Assembly: GCA_051294375.1 (NCBI GenBank)
Contig: CM119267.1
Coordinates: forward strand, 2,801,631 to 2,865,630
Source: Paraspadella gotoi
Lineage: Eukaryota; Animalia; Chaetognatha
Length of the DNA: 64,000 bases
Direction of reading: 5' to 3'
Shown here in pieces: positions 53,911-64,000 of the stretch. Numbering within the stretch: position 1 is the stretch's first letter; each line of letters opens with the position of its first letter. The notes under the pieces are model-generated. The model was not told the origin of the DNA and did not search any database. It saw nothing but the letters and a program-made list of their open reading frames with translations. The translations under genes and the position numbers were made by a program.

Positions 53911-56900
53911 ACATGTTCGTTAGGATATTTTTCTTGGAGACCACTGGAAATTCGCTTGCGATAGTCGACGAACTCAGAAAATTCAATAAACTTAATCTGA
54001 AGGATAACTTTTCCTTTTCTATTGATTGGTTTTTTCTGTTGTACAATTTATCGACTCTTCGGAAGTTGCTTAATCAGTAACCTAAATTAGTAAATATCAT
54101 CGACGCCTGGACAATTCCGCCAGGTCCTTGGAATACGGCGAAAAGCGAAGAATGGCAATCATCTGTTATCAATAATCGTCCAACTACAAGCGTGTAAATT
54201 GTAATCTTGTTAGAAATCTACTAGTACTATGAAATTAAAATCATGAGGGGCGGGGGGTTCAAAACTTTAGTCTTGAAGTCTACTTTCAGGTAAAAAAAGA
54301 ATTTTTTTTAAAAATTTAATTTTAATGCTTTTATTGTTGCTGTCAAAATTATAATATTACTATATAATGATTAGAATTTTTTTAAATCTTAACTTTTTTG
54401 ATGGATTCTGATAGAGCTTAAAAAGTTAAATAAAAAATATAAATACAACTTTTAAAAATTATTCTATTTACTTGGTCAAAATTAAGAAAAAACCAATAAA
54501 ATTATCGAAAGATGATGATGATTATTATTAATAATTTTTCTTATTTTTTACCCACTTATGATCAAGATATCGAAAAAAGAATTATACTTAAAAATAAAAA
54601 AAATATTTAAAAAAATTTTAGCCTTTCCTATAAATAAATAAATATTTAAAAAAATAATATATGGGGTATAGAATAATACTATTTTTTTTGTCTATTCCTA
54701 TTGTTAAAAAAATGTCTAAATTTTCGTTTGAGCAGGTGCTCTATCTTAATTTCTTAAACACCTTACTGAGTTGGGCTACCCCGAATCTTGTGACTCTCAT
54801 TCCACGCCTTTTGTTTACAAGTTGCCATGCATAAACGAGCGATAGTCTATAAAGCGTCGACAGATCTCGCCTCAGTCCGTAAAACCGAGAACTAAAAAGA
54901 ACATCGTTTCGTCAAAGGGATTTCAAACCAAAGACTTTGGCAAAGTCAAGCGAATAACAAATTACCGACTGGTGGTGCTCGCTAAGGTTGGTTCCAGCTT
55001 TTAAAATTAAAACAGTACAGATAAGGGTATAGCTGTAAAATCTATATATATACATATAATAATGCCACTGCGAGTCATGTAAAAACTAAGACTTGTAAGA
55101 GAGAGTGTCACAGACCGAATGAGAGAGTGAGAGACAGACAGAGAGAGGAGTCTTTGTATATTGTATATTATGTATAATGTAGTTAAAATGAAAACTGCCC
55201 AAAAGACGTTTTTCTTGGTTGGTCAAAACTGTTATAAGTAGCTAAAAAATGAAAAATAGTTGCGTTGTATGAAAGTACGGTTTCAAAAATGATTAATTGA
55301 TTATTTAATTAATGCCATGCCAGTCTGCCAAGTATCAATTAAAATAATCCAGTATTTCATATATTATGCACAGTGCACATGTATGAGTCATGAAAGGTCT
55401 TAAATTACCTTACCTTTCTATCAAATATGAATTTGATTTATGAAGTTTTACTAGAGTTAAAAGTGAAACAGAAGGACAGACGTACCGGTCGACTCACCGA
55501 AAAGTGGTTTACATCTTGGTAAATAAAAAACCTTCAATCTGTAAACACCCAGCATACTATTAGTATAGTATTAGGCCTAAATCACGCACAAAATAAACAT
55601 AAATCATAATTGTTTTCTTAGGATACTCTATTATAGTGATAATAATTTTTATTTATTCAAAAAATCTCAGTTTAAATTTTAACAATGTTCTTTAAAGAAT
55701 ACTTATACCATATTGATGTTGATATTACTAATGAATTATGATTGATTCGTTTTTAGTTCGGCGTTTGATAATATCTCATGCATGAGTCATGAGTCATGGG
55801 TTACATTTACAAAATTTATGCGACGAGGAAGATAGCGAACGCGACCACCAGAATTCCAATAATTGTGGCGCCCAAACGCGTGCCTTGAAAAAAAAATCTT
55901 AAAAGCATAAGGATCGTCGAAATCGCCTAAAGAAAAATCTTGACCCATGACAAACATTGGTACTCAAAAAATGAAATTGATACAGGAAACTAAGTTTTAT
56001 ACATAATAAACTTGGCTTAATATATCCAAAAAATAAAATGATATGAATGAATGAATGAAATGAATGAATGAATGAATGAATGAAATTAATGTAATCGGCG
56101 GTAACGAGCGTCGCCGTAAGGGGAGACGGCTCAACGTCCGACGGGTAGAATGCAAATTGCAATGCAAATGCTCTACAATATCTGGTTTAAATTTCCCCAA
56201 ATTCGCGACGACGGATAACTGAAGAAGAGGAAAAAAGGGTTGGCCGAGGCAATCTGGGTTATTTTAAATAACGTTGATTTGGAAATTTGTAGAATCTTCA
56301 CTTTCCTCAATGATTATTGATTACGACGTCGAAAGGTATAAGACCGTTTATTTACCCTTTAACCGAAATTTTAATATTTATTTGGATTGTTTACAAACAA
56401 TTTCGAAATGCTTTTTAAATCCTCGCCTGTTTTTAACTTTTGAAACCTCGATCGTCGCCATTTGTAAAATAAGTCTGAAAGCAGAGGCAACGCAGACAAA
56501 TGTATTGAATTAAATAAATTAATAAATAAAAAAATTGAATGAATGAATTAAATTTCAATTATTTTAATCTAAATAAATGAAAGAATTGAAATTAATAAAT
56601 TGCATTGTATAAATAAATTTAAAAGAATAAAATGAATTAAATAAATAGAATGAATTTAATTAATGTTAATTTAATTAAAGAAATTTAATGAATAATGTAT
56701 GAGAGATAGAGACATAACTACAGGTAAAAGATAGTAAAATAACAACATGCGCGACTGCGATGCTTAACATCACGAGTTCGAAACTGTTAAATAATAATAA
56801 TTATAATAATAAAAAAAAAGAGTTGCATTAATGCAGAACTCAATTCGTTTTTTGACCAATCAGAAGAACCGGCGATTAAGAAAAAGAGAGAGAGAGAGAG

Positions 56901-57118
56901 CGCGACATATAATTTAAGAATAAAAAGAGAGAAAGACATATGTATAGATAGAAATAGAAAAAATTGTTTATATAAAATGTAAACAAATGATATTTTTCAT
57001 ATAACCTAAATTTTAAAGGACCCTGATGATGAGAATATATATCTAAATTTCCAGCTTCATACAATTAAAAATATTATATAAAAAGACGATCTATAATTTA
57101 GAACAACGACGACGTCAT

Positions 57119-57150
57119 TTATTGGGACCATCGTTCCATATGTAATGGCG
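57119..57150 (-). CDS. Ly6/three-finger-like gene, probable terminal exon 4
   Basis: Acceptor atttcttttttag|CG, phase 1, gives APLHMERWSQ*. The stop overlaps an AATAAA. The alternative is read-through of exon 3 to TGA at 57371-57369. Confidence 0.4.
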
Positions 57151-57394
57151 CTAAAAAAGAAATAGGATTTGGATCCAAATAAAAAAAATTTTGTGTTAAA
57201 TATAGTTGTCAAGTCGTGTAAATAAATTCTTCCATCGAGTTCTATTAAATTATAATAGCATGCTTATCTATTTATTATTATTTATCTATCTTATTCGGAA
57301 GTAATTTACTGAATAATTGGATTCTATTTTGTCTTCATTTTAACAACGCGGACTCGGACAATGTAGCCTCATTCCACATTCCAACGACACCTAC

Positions 57395-57536
57395 CGGTGT
57401 TGCAAAAGTTTGCGTCGCACGTGTAGACGAGACAATCTTGAATAAAGTATTGACCTTCGATCCCCGGGGGACAGTACGAGTTGACGACGTCCACGTTTTT
57501 AAGCGAATCCGAGGACGCGCAACCGTAGACGGACAC
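57395..57536 (-). CDS. Ly6/three-finger-like gene, exon 3
   Basis: Acceptor tatcag|GTG, then VSVYGCASSDSLKNVDVVNSYCPPGIEGQYFIQDCLVYTCDANFCNT, ending in the C-x4-CN motif characteristic of Ly6/uPAR/three-finger domains. Donor G|GTAGGT, phase 1. This frame is not in the supplied ORF track. Confidence 0.65.
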
Positions 57537-57556
57537 CTGATAGTCGAAGACATTTT

Positions 57557-57902
57557 TAGTTACACCGCGAGTATTCGCGGAGCAACTCTATGAGTGACTT
57601 TTCGGGCGGTCGGTCGATATGTCAGTCCGTCGGTCTGTCCCACTTACGTTAAAAATATTAATAACTCGCCTATAGTTGTTTGCTAATTTGTTAAAACAGG
57701 AAAAAAACTTTAAATCTAAGTGACTGCAAGCGCCGCCTTCTGGAAATCCTGAAACTATAAAGATTAAAAGAGAGAATTCCGATGCAGTATGTATCATAAA
57801 TACATGGCCATAGGCTTAGAAAGTTATTTTAGTTAATACTTGTGCTTGTTTCATACTTGTGTAGTCAACGTGGCGCAACACATTTGATGGACAGATCTTG
57901 TT
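57557..57902. mobile_element. HINE/DINE-1-like element, family B copy 2 (in intron 2 of the Ly6-like gene)
   Basis: Same termini and internal blocks as 2797-3157 (CCGCGAGTATTCGCGGAGCAACTCTAT, CAAGCGCCGCCTT, GAATTCCGATGCAGT, GGCGCAACACATTTGA, CTTGTTTT). Confidence 0.7.
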
Positions 57903-58139
57903 TTATTAGTTATGAATAATTGAATATAGGATATTTCCTGTCCACTTGGCTTTGTGTCCTGTGTTATCTGCAAGGTTTATATATAAAACAACGCCAATAG
58001 AATTATAAAAGATATATTTAGGTCCTAAAAATAAGTAACTTTAATAAAAATTAATGACATCAGATATGCTAACTCTCAAGTTATGTCGTGATAGTATAAC
58101 TAAACTTTGTCACTCAAAAATTTTAAGGAAGCGACTTAC

Positions 58140-58354
58140 TTCTTGCATATGATCGTTCTCGCCACTGGTGTTATGAAACGTTCCCTTGACACACAAGTCT
58201 GCCTCGCGACATTGAATGCGCACCAAACCTCGACGGAAGCACATCCGGTCTCCGGAAAGTTGGTCCCAAAAATAAGGGTCCTTTGTATGGGTTACATGGG
58301 TTGCGCGAGATCATTATATAGAGCGTAACAACAACCAAATTTAGTGTTCTTCCA
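58140..58354 (-). CDS. Ly6/three-finger-like gene, exon 2 (frame-disrupted)
   Basis: Acceptor ttctgttttaaag|TGG and donor GAA|GTAAGT. The entry frame reads WKNTKFGCCYALYNDLAQPM* (TAA 58294-58292). The exit frame reads DPYFWDQLSGDRMCFRRGLVRIQCREADLCVKGTFHNTSGENDHMQE. The 215-nt length is not a multiple of 3. Confidence 0.55.
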
Positions 58355-58486
58355 CTTTAAAACAGAATAGAAGCGTTTTTTGAAAACCTTAGCTCCCTAC
58401 TCTACCGCTAGATAAATATTCAAAATAAAGTATAAATAATACACTACAGATTCAATTACTACCAAAAAACCAACAATGGCCCATAC

Positions 58487-58621
58487 CTCTGCGCTGTCGC
58501 CAATCATCTTGTCGCTGAGAATAAAGTCGTCATTGACTCCAAAAAAGCACCTAATCGCCCTCGAGCTTTGGAGCAAGGCCGCCAAGGACGCCAAGACCGC
58601 CAACCCAGACCGAAGCCTCAT
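58487..58621 (-). CDS. Secreted Cys-rich Ly6/three-finger-like protein, exon 1 (signal peptide)
   Basis: MRLRSGLAVLASLAALLQSSRA-IRCFFG... gives a hydrophobic signal peptide followed by IRCF, as is typical of Ly6/uPAR mature N-termini. Donor GAG|GTATGG, phase 0. Confidence 0.65.
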
Positions 58622-59509
58622 TCTTCGCTTATTTCAGTTGTTGTCGACTTTCGTTCTTATTCGCCGTCCGACGCGATTATTCAAAGGGCGCCGTCCTTAA
58701 GACGCCGCGAAACGAAAAACCCCATGCGCCCGAATCAATTCTAGGTAAACTAGTTATTTAAAAGAGCTTTCTTCGATAGAGTTTAATCTCGGTTATTTTT
58801 TGACATGGCCAATGGGTCTCAATATCTTGTAGCATCTCGAGAAAACCCACTCATTACGGTAGCAGCAGATACAATCACCTCTCTCTCTCTTAGCCGCTTC
58901 ACTATCTACTTTTTCCGAGGAGCTGACTATTAGTTTAGACGAAAAAACTCTTTTACTTTCGAAGAATGAGAGAAAGGAGTTTTAATTTTGTTTGAGTGTC
59001 ATTGCAATCACAGGGAGTATAATAAGTAATAAATGTAATCTCATTATGAGGTTTACTGTGAATTACCTATCGGATTCCTCTATGCATGTTGTCAATTGTT
59101 TAATTGAACTGTTAATTACTGTAATTGTGTCACCTCACCCGTGGACTTAGCCGATCCCTTCCCTTTGGTAGGACTTACCCGCAACGAAAAAGAGGCGCAT
59201 TGTGAGGCGAGAGGGAAAAAGGGTGAACGATGAGGAATGGGGAAGCGAGTGAGAAGAATTCGGTTCCCCCGTCCCCTTTTAATACGCTGTCCAGCGCCAG
59301 ACCGGCATCGTGAAGCGATGCGGGGCCCTCGACGCCAGCTGTGAAAAAAACGAGGGTCAGATTTCAATAACTGAAAAGGGTAAAACTAATCGAAATCCGA
59401 ATCGAGAGGATTCGAAAAGAATTTGAATCTAAAAAATTAAAAACAAAAAAATTTATGACTCGCTTGGGGACCAGCGGGTCGGTGTTTTTGAGGGGGAGGG
59501 TGAAGCGGC

Positions 59510-59553
<44 letters not shown>

Positions 59554-59987
59554 TTATTATCTTTTCCTCTGAGCCCGAGACGTTTGCATACGATTAAGAA
59601 AAGAGGAATAAAGGAGGAACGGAGTAAAGGAGACAAAGAGGGAGGAAAGGTATAAAAGGAAAGGAAGGAAAGAAACAAGACGAGGACTCTTCTTTCCATT
59701 CACGGAGTTGCGTTATGTAGCATCCCTTGGCTACAATACTCTGACTGAGGCTGTCCCAAATGAGATAGAACAAGATGGTAAGGTTTTGTATTTTATTTCA
59801 CACAATTTTTATTTACATCAATTTTTACAAAAGTTTTGTGTGGAGAGGATCTGCCTCTCTCTCTCTCTAGGTTTCCCTTTTTATACTTTCTATTAGATCA
59901 CCCTGGAGTTGTTGCGCAATACCGGCTTCTTGATTTCACTGGGATTGTAAAATCCCGAAGCCGGCTCTCTCAAGGTGGGTGGGAAAC

Positions 59988-60710
59988 AGCAAACAACTTC
60001 CCTGGTTCTATTTATAGAATACTTTCACCCCCCACGATCATTCTTTCTCTTCGACCATTCATAGATCATGTCGCTACAACTCCCCCCCCAAGGAAAAAAT
60101 GGGCGAAGGGATCTTTTTGCACTTGAAGAGTGCGTATTCGATCTGTACCAAGATCGTAAATTGTAACATCTTAAGTGAAAGTATACAGCTCGTAAATAAG
60201 TTTTATGAGACAAGTGTCTCGTAATTCTGTCTGGACACCCATGTATTGTAAAGGTTTAAAAAACAAAAAACGAGTTAAAATGAACAAATATGGTGAAATC
60301 GATCTTTTCACCGGGTCGTTAATATGTCAAGGAAAATAGTTTATTTCTTTTGTGTTACTACTTAAACGCCAGAGATTTCGATCCATTTCTTTACGGCTCA
60401 ACAAAATTCACACTTTTTCTGGCGGTTATTTTCCACGGTTTTGCCAAAACGCAAAGGTACGTAATGAATAAGTAATAAAATCAAAGCACAATAGCAATAA
60501 GCAATGCTAAAAGGTAATCATGAATAATAAGTAACACTTATTAAACAATATATGTTTCAATTCAATCGGTATATTTAATGGAATGTCCGGTTTTCGAAAG
60601 TACAGGAATCGGTATGTATATGCAAACATCTTCCCTGGTTCCATTTATAGAATACTTTCACCCGCCACGATCATTCTTTCTCTTCGACCATTCTTTCAAA
60701 TAGATCATGA
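59988..60710 (+). repeat. Direct repeat of about 85 bp (about 59988-60070 and 60622-60710)
   Basis: GCAAACA.CTTCCCTGGTTC.ATTTATAGAATACTTTCACCC..CACGATCATTCTTTCTCTTCGACCATTC..ATAGATCATG occurs twice. Confidence 0.8.
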
Positions 60711-60804
60711 CGTGATAGTTACGCTTTGCCTAAAACTTTTATTTCTCTATTAACTGTAATATTTATATATATATATATATGAAATTGGTACAACCAATAT
60801 AAAA

Positions 60805-61100
60805 ATTATCCATTCATTTAATAAATACGCTATCTTGCCCCTGACTTTGGACAGGCTTTGGTGGTTTAAGGCCTCCATCACTCTTACAAGATAATGACAT
60901 AGCAGGTCCCTGCAAGCTTTCAATCAAGACTCTCTCACAGTCTCGTTTATTCACTCCCAGAGTACCTGGCTTCCCTATCAATGAAGTGGAAAATATTTCA
61001 AAGAATGTTTCAATTGTATGAAAAGACCACTCCCTTAAGTATTAGATCGGGGAATACTTATTGTACTCCGCACTAGCATCAAAATACAAGGAGCTGAATT
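60805..61100 (+). repeat. Unclassified interspersed repeat, family A
   Basis: CATAGCAGGTCCCTGCAAGCTTTCAATCAAGACTCT core shared with 3222-3500, about 4700-4845 and about 19745-19890. Confidence 0.75.
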
Positions 61101-61217
61101 TTATATATATATTTTATATATAATATTTATAACAAAGGAAAAACTTACTCTGCTCTCCACTTATTTCGTTAGTAAGGTGTTGTAGCGATTAAGTTGATAA
61201 ATGATGTTATGTGAAAT

Positions 61218-61332
61218 ACATGTGTTGCGTCCCAGTGACTTTATTTTTATGTATATTTCCCTTTGATCACATGATATGACATGACATGATGAAAAAACTT
61301 TCTTCAACCGTGTATTTATGACATGCACTGCA
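61218..61332. mobile_element. Family B fragment, inverted relative to 2797-3157
   Basis: ATGTGTTGCGTCCCAGTGAC...AACTTTCTTCAACCGTGTATTTATGACATGCACTGCA is a diverged reverse complement of about 3000-3140. Confidence 0.55.
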
Positions 61333-61623
61333 CCAAAACAACATCTAGTTCTGAAAATAGAAACGAAGTAAAAAAAAACATAACGTGGTCTCCTTGTTAT
61401 AAATAATATTGTAAATAATTTAAAAACTCAAATAGACAATGTAAAATACAAAAAAAGATCATTTATCGTATTTACACACAAGGTGATCAACACCCTTTTA
61501 TATTCCTCCAGACAATGAAACACAAGGACCGAAAAGGACAAAGTAAAAAAAGAAAGAACTCAATAAAGAATGAATATTCATGTTAATAGCTGGGTTAATA
61601 GCTGCACGCGGTTAAAACAAAGG

Positions 61624-62368
61624 AAAACAAGTTTGAGCAAACAATGTCGTATCTGCCCACGATCATTATCGGTAATTAATTAATTAATAATTAATCAAAT
61701 TAATTAATAATTAATTAATTCAAGTTTATTAATTTTTTATCCAAAATATTTTTTTTGATTAATTGACTGATTAATTAACTATTGATTAATTAATTGACTA
61801 ATTAAATAACTGATTAATTATTTGATTAATTAATATATCTTGCATTTACATTTAATATAAAAAGAAAAAAAAAATCAATTAATAAAACAGGTTTTTAATT
61901 TTTTTCCATTTAAACTCATTTCCACTCAAACGATTCCATCGAAACTTGATTTCCAGCTTAATCACATACTTTCCTACCCACATACAAAATTTCAGGTCAA
62001 TCACCCCATACACTCATGAGTAATTGGTATTCAAAATTTCAAATTATAAAATATATTTGTTTTTTCCATTTAAACTCATTTTCACTCGGACGATTCCATC
62101 CAAATTTTATATCCAACTCAATCACACACTTCCCCACCCACACACAAAATTTCATTTCAATCCATCCATCCAATCACGAGTAATTGGTGTTTTTTGCTAA
62201 GGTGGGACGGACGGACAGACAAACAAATATTTTTTTTGGCATAATTTATCATAATTCGATGTTCTGACATGATAAGTGAATGCCCGATAATATTGAGGGG
62301 GCGGACCGACGGACCAACAAAGTGAATTATAGAGTCGGGATCTGCTTATAAGCAGATCCGACTAAAAA
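61624..62368 (+). mobile_element. HINE/DINE-1-like element, family C (near full length)
   Basis: Begins AAAACAAGTTTGAGCAAACAAT. Contains an (AATT)n-rich block, two tandem core repeats of about 160 bp (about 61900 and 62060) and a GGACGGACGGACAGAC microsatellite. Ends in the hairpin GTCGGGATCTGCTT-AT-AAGCAGATCCGAC followed by TAAAAA. Confidence 0.7.
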
Positions 62369-63757
62369 GTCGTCTGGTTAAAAGTTAAACGTATGGCCGA
62401 TTCTAAGAAAAAGAGAAAAGCTTTTCTTTTTTCCTTTCGCCGAGGCCTCAATTCTGACACAAGAACGCGGCCGGGTCATCGAGATGAAAAGCCAGGGAGA
62501 TTTATTGAGTTCCCAGTTGTTGAGTCTGGAATTCGGATATCCGAAGAAAGAAAGATAAACGTCAGAAGGAGTGAAGACCGATAACATCTTTTAAGTTAGA
62601 AAACAGTTGGTTTTTGGGGAAACTGAAACTACTCGATGTCGGGATCAGGGACGGGTGATTTATGGCTTCTTTCCCACCCCATTTTCCATGATAATATTTG
62701 TTTATAAAAAATTCAATGTTGCACCAGTACCTCGTTGAAATTTACGCGCTAATAGTGTGTACTGCTTAATGCTTAGTGCTTATAGCGTAATGATTTTTTT
62801 TTTTAACACTTCACTTGCGAAATCAATTGAATTGAAAAATTTTTTCCTTCGGAACGCTCGCGGAGGTTCGGCTAAAAAAAAATAAATTCTCCAAGCTCTG
62901 CGCCGGCTGAGGCTTCTTATAAAGCCGCAATGCAATTGAGCCCTCGTTGCTTCGGTAACTGGAAATAAAAGGTTCACACGTTTGTGCGAGAAAATCTCGA
63001 CAATAAACAAAGGAATAAACAGTTCAATACAACAGCCTTAAAAAACTCGGGCATTTATTTTTTCTACACGAAGCTTCGCCCGAAGACTCGCCGTCAACCT
63101 TCAAATCTTCCCTGAAAGGAGGGGTAGCCCCACTCAATGGAGTGAATCAGAAATATAGAGCGAGTACAGGCGAAAATTCATACATTTTTTTATAATAATT
63201 GTTTATATAGATCTATACCTTAATAATGATTTTTTTATATTTATTTTCAGATAGGAAAGGTTAAAAATTATTTTTTAAATTTTTAAATATTAAGATGGCT
63301 TATAAAAAGTTATCTACACAAAGTATAATTTTTTAAAAAATCTTTTGAAGAAAAACCGTAAAAAATCTTCATCTTTCGATGATTTTATTAGTTTTTTTAT
63401 ATTTTTACTGAGAAAGCGTTAGTTTTTAAAAACTGTAATTATATTTTTTATTTTTTATTCATAATTTATTTTTTGTAAAATAAATAATATATCATGAGAT
63501 ATTTAATGGCTATCTTTACGATTAGACCCCTACAGCGGCCTATGGGAAAAAGAAGAAGAAGAAAAGAGATATTGAAGATATTGAAAAGATATTGAAAACG
63601 TTGATTATATTAGAATTTAAAATAATTAATAAGGGTTAAAGTAACAGATTCCTTTTTTTTAAATCAAATTAATATTCTATTCATTAAATTTTAAATAGTT
63701 TAATAAATATAAATAGTTTAATAAATATTATAATATAAAATAATATAAATTTATAAT

Positions 63758-63905
63758 AAACAAGTTTGAGCAAACAATTCGATCTGCCTACGATAATTTT
63801 ATTAATTAATTGATTAATTAATTAATTAATTAATAGATTAATTAATTATTAATAGATTAATTAATTAATTAATTATAATTAATTTAATAGATAATTATAA
63901 TTATA
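63758..63905 (+). mobile_element. Family C 5' fragment
   Basis: AAACAAGTTTGAGCAAACAATTCGATCTGCCTACGAT plus an (AATT)n-rich tract, matching the start of 61624-62368. Confidence 0.6.
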
Positions 63906-64000
63906 TATTCAGCTTGTCATCATGCGATGTCCTAAAATTGAGTCAGGACAGTTATTAAATGTTTTGTTTACATTTTATCAAAACAAACAAATATCCTCTA

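Noticed and set aside
53935-54140. Protein-like fragments (e.g. IIDAWTIPPGPWNTAKSEEWQ)
   Set aside because: Short, interrupted, unrecognised and without consistent splice sites.

Overview
This is eukaryotic (invertebrate animal) genomic DNA from a gappy draft assembly, rich in (CT/GA)n, (GAC)n, (TTTTC)n and (AAAG)n microsatellites. The main feature is one 4-exon T-box gene of the Tbx2/3 (optomotor-blind/bifid) subfamily on the + strand (23926-52871). All three junctions are GT-AG and phase-consistent. The conserved C-terminal SELRSMERMVNGLE motif lies out of frame in exon 4, most likely through a 1-base error. Downstream on the - strand is a small 4-exon, signal-peptide-bearing Cys-rich (Ly6/three-finger-like) gene with a frame disruption in exon 2. 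The rest is introns and intergenic DNA with Helentron-associated (HINE/DINE-1-like) elements, a MITE family, a foldback element and a tRNA-derived SINE head. Several kb-scale 'duplications' sit beside exactly 25-N gaps and differ mostly by indels, so they look like noisy long-read gap-fill artefacts. I found no convincing new biological system. The best leads are clustered BMP/Mad-Medea-type and GTCACGTGAC motifs in the Tbx2/3 introns, a TE presence/absence polymorphism in intron 2, a long hairpin just upstream of exon 3, and the Ly6-like gene. All alignments were done by eye.
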